DNA of 33,674 nt from Chrysochromulina tobinii (taxonomy: Eukaryota): positions 1-33,674 of the forward strand of contig JWZX01001537.1 of assembly GCA_001275005.1 (NCBI GenBank). The letters run 5' to 3'. The notes beneath the pieces were generated by a model. The model did not search any database. It was not told the origin of the DNA and saw only the letters and a program-made list of their open reading frames with translations. Numbering within the stretch: position 1 is the first letter of the stretch; each line of letters opens with the position of its first letter. The position numbers and the translations under genes are program-made. This document shows, one piece after another, positions 1-9,954 of the stretch.

Positions 1-1823
1 GGCGGTGGCGTTGGCGGTGGCGTTGGCGGTGGCGTTGGCGGCAGCTGAGGCAGGGGCAAAGCAGGCGGCAGAGGAGGCAGCGGCAGAGGAGGCAGCGGCA
101 GAGGAGGTGACAGTCGAGGCGGCTGCCGACGAGCTGGCAGCTCCCGGAGCACTGGGCGCCTCTGGTTTGGAGTATCCCAGTGCCGACAGGTGCAACGAGT
201 GCAGCAACGGAGGCAGTGGTGCCGCGACCAACGTGGCGGATCCCGCGGCAGCCCCACTAGCGGCGGCGGCCGCGGCCGCGGAGGCCGCGCTGTCGGAAGC
301 GTTGGTGGCGGTGGCGGCGACGGTGGAAGCAGCGGCGCTCGACACGGCGCTACACTCGAAGGCATTGCCGTTGGAGGTGGGCGAAGGCGCGGCGGGTGGC
401 GCGGCCGGCACCGTCACCCGAAGCGTCGTGACTGTCGCCATGCGCTGCTGCAGCGTCGCACAGTCGAGGTGGCGCGAGGAGCGCGTGTCCAGCGATGCCA
501 AGCGAGGGCTTCCGTGGAGCGCCGAGCTGAGCATCGGCGCGCGGAGGGCCTCACAGTCTCTCACCTGTGGGAAGAGGGTGGAGCGCCGTGGTGAGCGCAT
601 GCATGCAGCCGTAGCGTCACGTGGAGGGCCTCGCAGCCTCTCACCATGAGAGTGCGGAGCGCGGGTAGGGCCCACTCGAGCCGCTCCAGCTTGACGCACC
701 CGTCCAGCCGCAGCTCACACAGCGACGGCGCCGCGAGCACGAGGACGCGAAGCTCCTTACACCCAGCGAGGTCGATGCATCGCAACGCGGGGCAAGTGCG
801 ACACGCGAGCGTGAGAGCCTCGGGCCGGAGCTCACGGCAGCTCTGGAGCTCGAGGGTCTCAAGGGCCGGGCACACGAGGCTCGGCGTCGCGAGCGCGCGG
901 CAGCCAGAGAGCACCAAGGTCCGCAGCCTTGCCGCCTCGAGCGTTGGTGCCCGGAGTTGCGACACGCCGTAGCACTCGAGTACAGTCAGCTGGGGCAACG
1001 TGGCCGCAGCGCGGCTGATGGCGACGTCGCCGAGGCGCATGCACATGGAGACATCGAGGCGCGTCACGCGGCTCATCCGCGGCAGCAGCAGCTGCAGGCT
1101 CGGCTCCGAGAGGCGCGCGATCTGGCTGAGCTCGACGACCTCGAGCCGCGGCAGCACGTAGAGCGCTGCCGTCATCCCGGATTCGGAGAGGTCGCATCCC
1201 TTGGTGAGGAGCTGCGTGAGCTGCGGGAGTGCGCATGCAAGTGCAAGCAGCGTGTCGTCGCTCATGCGGCACCCGTTGAGCGCCAGCTTCTCGAGCCGCA
1301 GGCAGTGCTTGCCGATGGCGCGCACGCCGCGGTCGGTGATGCCCGATCCATTCCACGAACAGTCGAGTGTACGCAGGCCCGCACAGCTGCGCACGAGCCG
1401 CTCGATCGCCGCATCGGAGAAGCGGCAGTGTGCCAGCTGCAGCTGCAGCAGCTGCGGGCACTCGTGCACCAGCGCGATCAGCCCAGTGTCCTTGAGCCGC
1501 GGACAGAATGAGATGTCGAGCGACAGCAACCGCGAGCCGCAGGCACGGCCGAGGAGGCACAGGCCGCGATCGCTCACGCGCGAGCCACGCAGCTTCAGCT
1601 CAGATGCGGCAAAGTTTGCCATCACGCCGTCCGTGAGCGTGCCCTCAGCGATGCAGCATGCGAGCAGCCGCATGCGCAGACGCTCACTGAGGCTCGACAG
1701 CCGGTGGGGCGGACAGTGCTCCTCGGAGCCGAGATGCCGCGCTACCTCGACGCATGCGAGCGCGACAAGTGAGGGGTGGCCATCGCCGCCGCACATTGGT
1801 CGTTGCTCGCCGATGCCCTCCAT
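1..1823 (-). CDS. Leucine-rich repeat protein, FBXL/AMN1-like (cysteine-containing LRRs); 3' end runs off the window. Exons 1823-645 and 564-<1
   Basis: Many LxxLxLxxC repeats (LLSLDISFCPRLKDTGL, LRTLDCSWN, LEKLALNGC, VTRLDVSMC). First ATG is at 1823. Removing the GT-AG intron 644-565 continues an LRR (LRTLM|VRDCEALRAPMLSSALHGSPRLASLD) into an Ala/Ser-rich tail with no stop to position 1. Confidence 0.85.
565..644 (-). other. Spliceosomal intron (80 nt, phase 0), duplication-plus-core family 1
   Basis: GTGAGA...CCCACAG. The first 22 nt match the first 22 nt of the next exon with 2 mismatches. Contains GCATGCATGCGCTCACCAC, related to the cores of introns 6274-6355 and 6556-6624. Removal restores the LRR frame. 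Confidence 0.85.
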
Positions 1824-2076
1824 CGAGGCGGCACCTAAGCGTCGCAGCCCAGGGTCTGCTTTTGCAGAGCCGAAGTGTTCGACACGACGGCTTGTCGTGA
1901 ACAATCACACCAAGGGCCCCGACATTCATACAACTTACGGTTCTAGCGAAATAACAGTGTTCGATGCGACGCGTGTGTGAAACCGCCTCGACGACGAGTA
2001 TGGGCACTCCACGGTCCCCTTCAAAGTTGTTTTTGTATTGTCCTCTTTTCGAAACCGCGCTTTCCGCACTTTGGCG

Positions 2077-4263
2077 ATGTCGACCGTCCTGGCCTCTTTC
2101 GCCACGCTCCTCGGGGGCAAGGCGGCCAAAGTCGCGAAACCCGCAGAAGCTGCAGATATTTCGCAGGCCGCAGCGGTACGGCCTGCACGCCCACGCAACG
2201 CCGCTCTCGCAATGCATGGCTCGCCGCCACAGAAGCAGCAGCAGCTCACCGCCAATGACGCTTCACCGCCAGATCCGCTGCGAAGCCCGGAACCGCAGCC
2301 GCTGGCCGACGGCGACCGGCGTGAGATCACAAGGCGACTGACGGAGCGGCTGAAGAAACGGCAGATTCTGCCCGCGCCGCTGCCGCCCAACATTGCGAAG
2401 CCGCTGAAAGAGTCTGAGTTGTCCCGCTGCGGCGGCGAGAATGCAAAGATGCGACGCTTCCGTGAGCGGATCATGCACCGACATCACTTTGAAATGCAGC
2501 TCTCGGAGCAGTACATGGGACCAATCCCCGCCACGCACACGTCCACGATGGCCACCCCTCTTAGCACGAGCCGCACGGAGTCTGCGAGCTCGACCCTTGG
2601 CAGCCAATCCGACCCGTCAAAGGTGCCAGGGTACATGAAGCCTGTCCGGCCGCCAAGCGAGACCACGGTGCCGACGAGTGGGACCGAGGCACCGCCAGTG
2701 CCTGCCGGCTCCTGGCCAGCCGGCTCCTGGTTTGCCGGCTCCGCGCTTGAGGTTCCGATCGAGCCGACGGCGTCGACGGACCTCAAGTCGCTGGCGGGCA
2801 GAGAGGGAATGCTTACGCGGCTTCTAGCGAAGCACGTCAGCGACCAGCAGAGGGAGCTCGAGCTCTTCGAGGAGTATGCGCGCAGCCTTCGTATACCACT
2901 GGAGGAGGAACTCGGCAATATTCGTTCGCAGATCATCCTTATGACCACGCGCGCCGCCAAGTCTGGGCGGCCGAAGCCGTCGTCGGACCTCCGTAATAGA
3001 GAGTCGGAGCTCAAGAAGCTTCTCAGGACGCTCGAGATCGAGCGGCAGGAGGAGCTCGACTACTTTGAGCATCAGACGCACGGCCAGCGTCTGAAGGTGG
3101 AGGAGGAGCTCGAGCGCCTCCGTGCCGTGATAGCCTTGAAGGCCGCGCGCTCGGCCACTGGTCGGGTGTCAAATAGTCTCGACTACGAGATCGAGGAACT
3201 GGCCGCGGGCCTCAAGGAAACAATTCACTCGGGCGACACGCCAGTCATCGAGCCCGAGGTCTCAGGCTACCTGATGGGTAGCCCCGTCCCAGATTGGCAG
3301 GCTGAGGAGTGGACGTGGGCTGCCGCGGATGAATGGAGTCGTGCTGCTGAAGAGATGGTCCCAGCCACGCACAGTGGCAGCCCGCCGCGGTCGCCGCCGG
3401 AAATCCTTCGGCGCTGGCACGCCGATGTCCCAGTCGGTTTCGCAGACGAGGCCGAATCCAAGAGCGCAGCCAAGGCCGCCGCCGTCAGACCCTCTAGCCC
3501 CTCAGGGAACTCGGCCGGCTCAAGCACACAGCGGAAAAGCGTGCGGGAGGGGCGGGGAAGCATCAAGGGAGCGACCAACTCGGGCGTGCACAAATCTCCA
3601 CCAAGATCGCCCGTACGAGTTGCGGACGTGCTGGCAGTTGCCGGCTCGCCGGGCACGTTAGTGCCGATCGACCCCGCGAGTCCTGACCCACCCGCGTTCG
3701 ATCAGGTCGTGCCGTTCGATCCCGCGAAGGTGACCCTCATTGGAGGCCCGCGAGGCAATTACTTTGATCGGCGTGCGGCGCCTCTCGGCCCCGACGAACG
3801 CAAGACAGGCTCACCTTCGGGAAAGATGCATGCCGATCCCGAACGCCGCAAGCAGATCCGCGACCGCGACATGGTGTCCGAGATCGATTTCATCGTCGCC
3901 AAGCCGGGCTCAACCGAGAATGTCTGCAAAGTAAAAGAGGCGGGATGGGTGCCCTCGCAGGCGTGGTTTGAGCAATTGCGATACTATCCGACGAAAAACG
4001 AGGAGCTCAAGTACGGTGAATCGGAGGTGGCCTTCTCGGGCAACACGCACGGACCCGATCAGTTCGTCGTCCACATCGAGCAGAATGTGCGCACGCGATT
4101 GGGTATCGGGACCGCCGACCCCGATTGGCGGCCCGATCAGCTGCACCGCCGCTGGGCGACCAATCTGCCCAAGCACCTCGTTCACCCTCAAGCTCAACCG
4201 CCGGACGACCCGTACATTCAGGGGCGTCAACTTTATATGAGGACGCAGCCGGCGCGTAGGTGA
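2077..4263 (+). CDS. Hypothetical protein with a central coiled-coil and Pro/Ser-rich low-complexity regions
   Basis: Long ORF (728 aa from ATG 2077) with an E/L/R-rich heptad segment (ELELFEEYARSLRIPLEEEL...LKVEEELERLRAVI). No recognisable family. Head-to-head with the LRR gene. Confidence 0.7.
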   Translation: MSTVLASFATLLGGKAAKVAKPAEAADISQAAAVRPARPRNAALAMHGSPPQKQQQLTANDASPPDPLRSPEPQPLADGDRREITRRLTERLKKRQILPAPLPPNIAKPLKESELSRCGGENAKMRRFRERIMHRHHFEMQLSEQYMGPIPATHTSTMATPLSTSRTESASSTLGSQSDPSKVPGYMKPVRPPSETTVPTSGTEAPPVPAGSWPAGSWFAGSALEVPIEPTASTDLKSLAGREGMLTRLLAKHVSDQQRELELFEEYARSLRIPLEEELGNIRSQIILMTTRAAKSGRPKPSSDLRNRESELKKLLRTLEIERQEELDYFEHQTHGQRLKVEEELERLRAVIALKAARSATGRVSNSLDYEIEELAAGLKETIHSGDTPVIEPEVSGYLMGSPVPDWQAEEWTWAAADEWSRAAEEMVPATHSGSPPRSPPEILRRWHADVPVGFADEAESKSAAKAAAVRPSSPSGNSAGSSTQRKSVREGRGSIKGATNSGVHKSPPRSPVRVADVLAVAGSPGTLVPIDPASPDPPAFDQVVPFDPAKVTLIGGPRGNYFDRRAAPLGPDERKTGSPSGKMHADPERRKQIRDRDMVSEIDFIVAKPGSTENVCKVKEAGWVPSQAWFEQLRYYPTKNEELKYGESEVAFSGNTHGPDQFVVHIEQNVRTRLGIGTADPDWRPDQLHRRWATNLPKHLVHPQAQPPDDPYIQGRQLYMRTQPARR

Positions 4264-4516
4264 TTGAGCAGCAAGCCAATAATCGATAGTTCGCTGAGCT
4301 CTGCAGGGGGGTAAGGATTGACTTTTCTAGACGTGAAGCACGCTGGCTGAATCGCCAGGAAAGAGACACCGATACATCCTCAAGAAAACGACCCAGGGGC
4401 CGCACATTCCACAGCAAACGCGGGGTCCCCGAGCCCGCGACGCCGACGGTGCGTCACAGCCTTCCGTCGATCCATCCTGGATCCATCCGTATTGTCTGCG
4501 TGGATAGTGGCGGCGT

Positions 4517-6964
4517 ATGCTGGGTAGCATACGGGCAGTATGCCGGGCATGCTCGTGCCGAGCGTGCTTTACCATCACCTTCGCCGCTCTTTGGGTGCTC
4601 TGCCTCTCGGGCCCGTGCTTTGGCTTCAACTCGCTCTACCCGGTGCTGTACGCCGAACAGCTCTTTGTCGACGCGTGCGATGCGGATGTTGCCGCCGTAT
4701 GCAAGGCAGCCATCAACACGACCCGAGGAGTGCCGTGCTGTGACGAGCAGAGCAAGAAGATCGTGATGCTCTCGACGATAACGCTCTTCGCTGAGGACGG
4801 CGTGCTGGTCCTGTACGGCGAGCTTCAAGACCGGGTGGGCGCTCGCAACTCGCTGCTGGTGGCCGGGTCGATCATGAGCACAGGGCTGGGGATACTGGCG
4901 TACAACTCGCTCATCGCTGATATCGAGCTGCTATGGTATTCGGGCTTCTTCCTGCTGGGTGTCGCGGGTCCTGGCATCTTCCTCTCCGCGCTCTCGCTCG
5001 GCGAGAAGTTCCAGGGGCTCGAACCGGTCATCACGCCGATTATCACGGCGATGTTTGATGCCTCATCGCTCGTATTCTTGATCTGGTCGGCCCTCTATGC
5101 CCAGGGGTCTGGCGTCCCATTCGCCACAATCCTCCTGAGCTGGCTAGGCCTCGCGTTACTAGCATCTGCATGCGTCTACTTCTTGATTCCGACCTACAAG
5201 GCACTACAGACGCTGCACCTGCAGCGGCAGGAGAACGCGCTGACTCGCTCGCGAGAGCTGCCAGACTCGCTCCTCGACCCCTTTTGTAGTACCTCGTCGC
5301 TCGCTGGAGGCGGATCCATGCGAGCGTCTCGAGAGTGCCTCGATCCCGACGCATCTCGTGGGAGATACACATCTCGAGAGTGCCTCGATCCCGACGCATC
5401 TCGAGGGAGATACACATCTCGAGAGTGCCTCAATCCCGTGCGGGAGCCCATCCCAGCAATGCACAGCCACGACGGGCAGACGCGGGAGGCGCACCACGAA
5501 GGCGGCGGCGGCGAGGGCGGCGGCGAGGGCGGCGGCGGCGGCGGCGAGGGCGGTGGGGGCGCGGTCGGTGTGAGCACAGCGGCGGCGGCGAGCGCTGCTG
5601 GGCTCGTGCACGCCGAGCAGTACCGCCTGTACTCTCACTACCGACAGCCTGAAGGCCTGCCCTATGGCCTCATTAGGGACGGCCAAATTAGGGACGGCCT
5701 CATTAGGGACGGCCAAATTAGGGACGGCCTACTTAAGGACGGCCTGATTAAGGACGGCCTAAGTAGGGATGGCCCGCCCTATGGCCCGCCCTCGCCCGGC
5801 AGGAGGATGCACTGGCAGAGGCCCACCAAAGCAGTGACGGCGGCTCCAACGGTGGCGCCAACGGCCGCTGCGGCGCGCCATCGCCATCGCCGCAGCGGCA
5901 TCATCCCAGAGTCGCTCAGCCATTGAGTGCGCCGATGCTCAACGGCTCCTCGCCCGCTCGTGTGGACCGTGAACATCGTGTGGACCGTGAACACCTTCGG
6001 CGCCGCTCACGCGAAGAGCTGCAGGCGGACGGGCGGCTCAATACGGCGCCCATGTTGCCGCCCGTCGGTAGGGACTCGCTCAATACGGCACCCCTGTTGC
6101 CGCACGTCGGTGGGGGCTCGCTGGTAGGAGAGGTGGAGGTGATGCATTACGACGACACGACGACGCTGCGTGAATTACTCTGTCGGACGGACACGGTGCT
6201 TATGGTGAGCTTCATGGCCAGCCTCAACCTGAAGCAGGCCTTTTACATCCAGACGGTCGCGCAGCAGCTTGAGGTGACCTGGGACCTCGAGATCTCGAAC
6301 CCTCATGTACTCTTAGCATGCAAGTGCTCACCACAGCGCCATCACCTCCCCACAGGTGACCTGGGACCTCGAGATCTCGAACCACATCTCGAACTACTTC
6401 AACGTGCTCTTCCCGGTACTCGCGCTACTCTCGACGCCCATCGCCGTATGGCTCTTCGCCAGGTTCCAGCATCGCGACCACGAGTACATGCTCGTGTGTG
6501 GAGGCCTCATGTCGGCCTGGGCGATCTGTCAAGGGATTCCCACAGTGGCCACCCAGTACGCTGCCGCGACGCTCTTCGGGCCGGCTGCATGCAAGTGCTC
6601 ACTACGATGCCTCCCTCCCCACAGGTACGCTGCCGCGACGCTCTTCGGGCCGGCGCGCACGCTCGTCTGGGCCGCGTACTTCCACTTCTTCCAGAACGCG
6701 GCGCGCTACCCGCCCTCGAAACTGGGACGGTTGATAGGCTACTCGAACCTACTGCTCGCCGTCGTGGGCGACCTCCCGCCGATTCCACTCTACTCGTATG
6801 TGAAGAACCAGCGCGATGACGCGGCATCGACCCTGGTGTTCACAGTCATCCACGCGGTGCTCACGGGCGTCGTGCTGGCGATCCTCGTCGTCCTAGTCGT
6901 CTACCTGCGCCGGCAGCACCGCCGAATGCTCGAGCGATTCACGATCATGACCACGGGCGCGTGA
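4517..6964 (+). CDS. MFS transporter, SLC43/FMP42-like. C-terminal exons ...-6273, 6356-6555, 6625-6964; junction in the central loop (about 5570-5926) unresolved
   Basis: N-half has about 6 TM with GPCFGFNSLYPVL, GELQDRVGAR (MFS motif A-like) and MFDASSLVF. C-half has about 6 TM after removing two introns. The two halves are in different frames across the low-complexity loop. Confidence 0.75.
5327..5438 (+). repeat. 45-nt tandem repeat (about 2.5 copies) encoding SRECLDPDASRGRYT
   Basis: TCTCGAGAGTGCCTCGATCCCGACGCATCTCG(T/A)GGGAGATACACA at 5327 and 5372, partial copy at 5417. Confidence 0.9.
5666..5770 (+). repeat. 15-nt tandem array, 7 units, encoding G(L/Q)(I/L/S)(R/K)D
   Basis: GGCCTCATTAGGGAC / GGCCAAATTAGGGAC and variants, flanked by GGCC(T/C)GCCCTATGGCC at 5654 and 5771. 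Confidence 0.9.
6274..6355 (+). other. Spliceosomal intron (82 nt, phase 0), duplication-plus-core family 1
   Basis: GTGACC...CCCACAG. The first 28 nt (GTGACCTGGGACCTCGAGATCTCGAACC) are identical to the start of the next exon. Core GCATGCAAGTGCTCACCACAG. Removal joins the 5923 frame to the 6356 frame. Confidence 0.9.
6556..6624 (+). other. Spliceosomal intron (69 nt, phase 2, in-frame, stop-free), duplication-plus-core family 1
   Basis: GTACGC...CCCACAG. The first 30 nt are identical to the start of the next exon. Core TGCATGCAAGTGCTCACTAC. Removal eliminates the duplicated peptide YAAATLFGPA. Confidence 0.88.
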
Positions 6965-7196
6965 GAGTGCCTGAGTGCGCCGTCACTGTGTGGAGAGAGA
7001 CAGTGCAAGAGTGCACCCCTTCACCGGACAGGGTGAGAGCCCATTCATTGCACATTGGTAGACCAGCAGCACCTCTCGAGATAGTCTGAGAGAGTGCAGC
7101 GCGGGCACCAACCACCGAGCAGAGTGCGGCTTAATTAATGAGGTTTGGAACTTCGGTAGAGTCCTATTCACAGATGTGAGATGAACATCGCAACAC

Positions 7197-8069
7197 ATGG
7201 AGCAGTCCGAGCCGCTGACCGCGCTCGTGCTCGTTGCCAAGAGCCCGAGGAGTGGCACTTCGAAGACGCGTCTGACGCGCGAGCTCGCCGCTGCGTTGGC
7301 CGCGCTTGCCAGCAACGCAGCGGCTTCGCCAACCACCCAAGCGCAGCTGGATGCGGCGCAGCAGTGGACGGAAGCCTTATCGCGCGCCTCAGTCAAAGAC
7401 CTCATCAGTCGACTCACAGTGGATTCATATCGACGCGTGCTGCTTTACGCACCACCGGACGATGCGGCACGCGCTTATTTCGCCGAGCTGCTCCGTGAGG
7501 TCGTCCCGGGCGGCGAGGGCGAGGCGAGCTGGATGCTCATGCCCGTGCTGGCGGGTTCCAATCCAAGGTCCTCTGACCTGAGCAGCGTGCTCTCGGACGC
7601 GCTGACGCGCGTGCGCACTACGACAGGATGCATGCGCGTCGCCTTTCTCGGCTCCGACTGCCCCGAGCTGCCTCTCGCCTCGGTCGATGCCGCAACCGAA
7701 GCGGCCAAGGAGCATGGCATTGCCAGCCTCTGCCCGGCCTCCGACGGCGGTTACACGTTTCTGGCTCTGCCCGCCGAGGCGGATCCGTCGAGGGTCTTTG
7801 AGGCGGTGCACTGGTCCGCCAAGGACACAGCGCTCTCGCAGCTTGCTGCGCTCTCGCGTTCGGGCCTCCGCTGCCACGTGGGACGAACGCATTCGGACGT
7901 CGACGAGCTCGACGACCTTCGCGCCCTCGCTGCACGGCTGCGCGGGGCTGAGCGCACCGAGCTGTGCCCACATACGGCTGCGCTCTGCGCCGAGATACGC
8001 CACGTCCTCGACCCCGGAGGCACTGCTGAGGAGGATCGGGTCGCTGGGGTCTCGACGGGTGCAACATGA
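7197..8069 (+). CDS. DUF2064 / TIGR04282-family transferase (CofC-like GT-A fold)
   Basis: Family motifs in order: VAKSPRSGTSKTRL, VAFLGSDCPEL, LCPASDGGY, VFEAVHWS, SDVDELDDL. Single exon, 290 aa. Confidence 0.85.
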   Translation: MEQSEPLTALVLVAKSPRSGTSKTRLTRELAAALAALASNAAASPTTQAQLDAAQQWTEALSRASVKDLISRLTVDSYRRVLLYAPPDDAARAYFAELLREVVPGGEGEASWMLMPVLAGSNPRSSDLSSVLSDALTRVRTTTGCMRVAFLGSDCPELPLASVDAATEAAKEHGIASLCPASDGGYTFLALPAEADPSRVFEAVHWSAKDTALSQLAALSRSGLRCHVGRTHSDVDELDDLRALAARLRGAERTELCPHTAALCAEIRHVLDPGGTAEEDRVAGVSTGAT

Positions 8070-8807
8070 CGAAACTGTGACGGGTGCAACATGACGGCTG
8101 CGGAAGTACGGTTACAGCTCAACTGACGGCAGCTCGCGGTCAGCTCGTTGCGGCGAGCTCACAGCATCCAGCAGCAACCACAGGCCAGAGGCGCGCAACC
8201 CCCACAGGCGCAGCGCCTGGCGCGTTGGGCTGCAGTGTGTCCATGCCTCGCATCGTAGCCGCCAGTAGGAATCCTACTGGTACAAGGAGTGGGCTCATGC
8301 CAGCGGATATCCGTCGACGCCGCGCGTTGGGCTCGCGCTCGCCTTTTGCCGTGAGCTGTTTCTTGCGGTGTGCACGCGCTGTGGGCAGGTGGGCGGTGTG
8401 CCCCCTGGAGTGCAGCTTCTCCATCGCGCACACAGGGCGTCCGGTGCGTCGCGTGGCAAGCTGTAGTCGTAGTAGCTGACCTGTCAGCGTATGTGACCGC
8501 CATGCCCCATCGTGGCGATGCGATCCGCGCGTGGCCGGCCGGTCCGGCCGGTCCGGGTCCGGTCTTGCTCGCGCCGCCGGCGCGGACTAAGACTCCGAAC
8601 GACGCCAAAGGCGAGGAAGCAACGCCAGACGGCCCGGTCCGGTCGGGTCGGAAGACGGAACGTGGTACGTGCAACGTCCGTTCTGCTGACGTTTTTCCTT
8701 ATACATATTCTAACGCAATCTCTAAAATAGGAGAGAGTAAGGATCGCGCGCCGCGCCAACCGCCAAGCGAGGTTGACCGTGCACCCCCACACCTATCTCC
8801 GCTCGCC

Positions 8808-9518
8808 TTACCTCTCGCCGTCAATGGTCGCGCTCCGGGTGCAAATCTCGTTGATCGCACCCCACACCTCTCGCTTCCCCAAGCCCGTGACACTAGACAG
8901 CGCGATGGGCTGGTCGGACGGCAGCGCGAGGCTCTCACGTAGGTACTCAAGGCTGCTCTGCAGGGCTTGCTTGGCAAGCTTATCAGCCTTTGTGGCGACC
9001 ACCAGCGTGCTCTTCGCCTCCGCCTCGAGAAAATCGAGGAGCTGCGCGTCCGACTCCTGCGGATCGCGCTGTGCGTCTACGAAGAGCACCGCCAGCTTGA
9101 GCTCCTCGCGCCGGCGCATGTACGCCTCAATCTGCTTTCTCCAGTCGTCCTGCATTTCCTTGGACACCTTAGCGTAGCCATAGCCTGGCAGGTCGGTGAT
9201 GGTGCACACATTGCCCAGGCGGTAGAGATTGATGAGGCGTGTGCTACCAGGCGTCTTGGAGACCTTTGCAATCTTCTTATTCGGGCGACCGGCGAGCGTA
9301 TTAAGCGCGGAGGATTTGCCCACGTTCGAGCGGCCAGCAAGTGTGAACTCAGGTAGCCTCAGGGAGGGCATGTCCTGCACGCGCACGTACGAGCCAACAA
9401 AAACGATGCCTTCCCGTTCCGCTGCATTCGCCCACGAGACGATGCCGGCACGCGGCGGCAGACACCGCGGTCGCAAAATTGCCAGCGCGCTGGCAAGGCC
9501 GCCCACGACCCCGACCAT
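8808..9518 (-). CDS. engB: Ribosome-biogenesis GTPase EngB/YihA/YsxC family, probably organelle-targeted
   Basis: G1 GRSNVGKSS, G2 SKTPGSTR, G3 DLPGYG, G4 TKADK, G5 LSSVTG. First ATG at 9518 gives an N-terminal extension. Confidence 0.92.
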   Translation of the reverse strand: MVGVVGGLASALAILRPRCLPPRAGIVSWANAAEREGIVFVGSYVRVQDMPSLRLPEFTLAGRSNVGKSSALNTLAGRPNKKIAKVSKTPGSTRLINLYRLGNVCTITDLPGYGYAKVSKEMQDDWRKQIEAYMRRREELKLAVLFVDAQRDPQESDAQLLDFLEAEAKSTLVVATKADKLAKQALQSSLEYLRESLALPSDQPIALSSVTGLGKREVWGAINEICTRSATIDGER

Positions 9519-9954
9519 GACAAAGACCGGCTCAAGCGTTTTCCTCCGCGCCCACACAGTCTCCACGAGTCTCCAACGATCTCCGAAAGTACCCCCCCAA
9601 AAGGTCAAGGGCGCGCTAGATTACGTGCTTGCTCATTCGAAAACATACGGCCGCAGGTAGCGGTCGGCTCCAGGGCTGCTGCACAGCGGGCTGCGGCTGT
9701 TGAGTCGGCCGCGGATTCGGTCATCGCGCGTTCGTGCGGGTGCGTTGGTGGGTTGGGATGGTTGTGAGGTTCGTCTGTGTGATCCTTCAGTGTCCCGGTT
9801 CCCCCGATGAAATTTTACCGGTATCGGCTCGCTGCTCGCAAGTGGGAGCACACAAAGCACAATGCGGGAGTTCATTAGGCATAGCAAAAACCCGCCACAG
9901 CCTGCTGGCCGCCTCACGTAGAGGCGCGTCCCGAACCGAGGGTGTTTGCTCCGC

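Noticed and set aside
5..649. 214-aa Ala-rich plus-strand ORF
   Set aside because: Antisense shadow of exon 2 of the minus-strand LRR gene; no ATG start and no domain.
1233..1244. GCATGCAAGTGC, a 12-nt match to the family-1 intron core
   Set aside because: Antisense within uninterrupted LRR coding sequence (LALACAL), with no duplication or CCCACAG; likely chance.
5666..5770. TTAGGG hexamers and regular repeats suggesting an interstitial telomere or CRISPR array
   Set aside because: Single hexamers inside 15-nt tandem units, no unique spacers, no cas genes, eukaryotic context.
5923..6819. 298-aa ORF as an independent gene
   Set aside because: Only the part up to 6273 is MFS coding; the remainder reads through an intron into the wrong frame.
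8084..8800. Several 100-190-aa ORFs between the DUF2064 and EngB genes
   Set aside because: No motifs, GC-rich low complexity (CCGGT repeats); probably UTR or intergenic.
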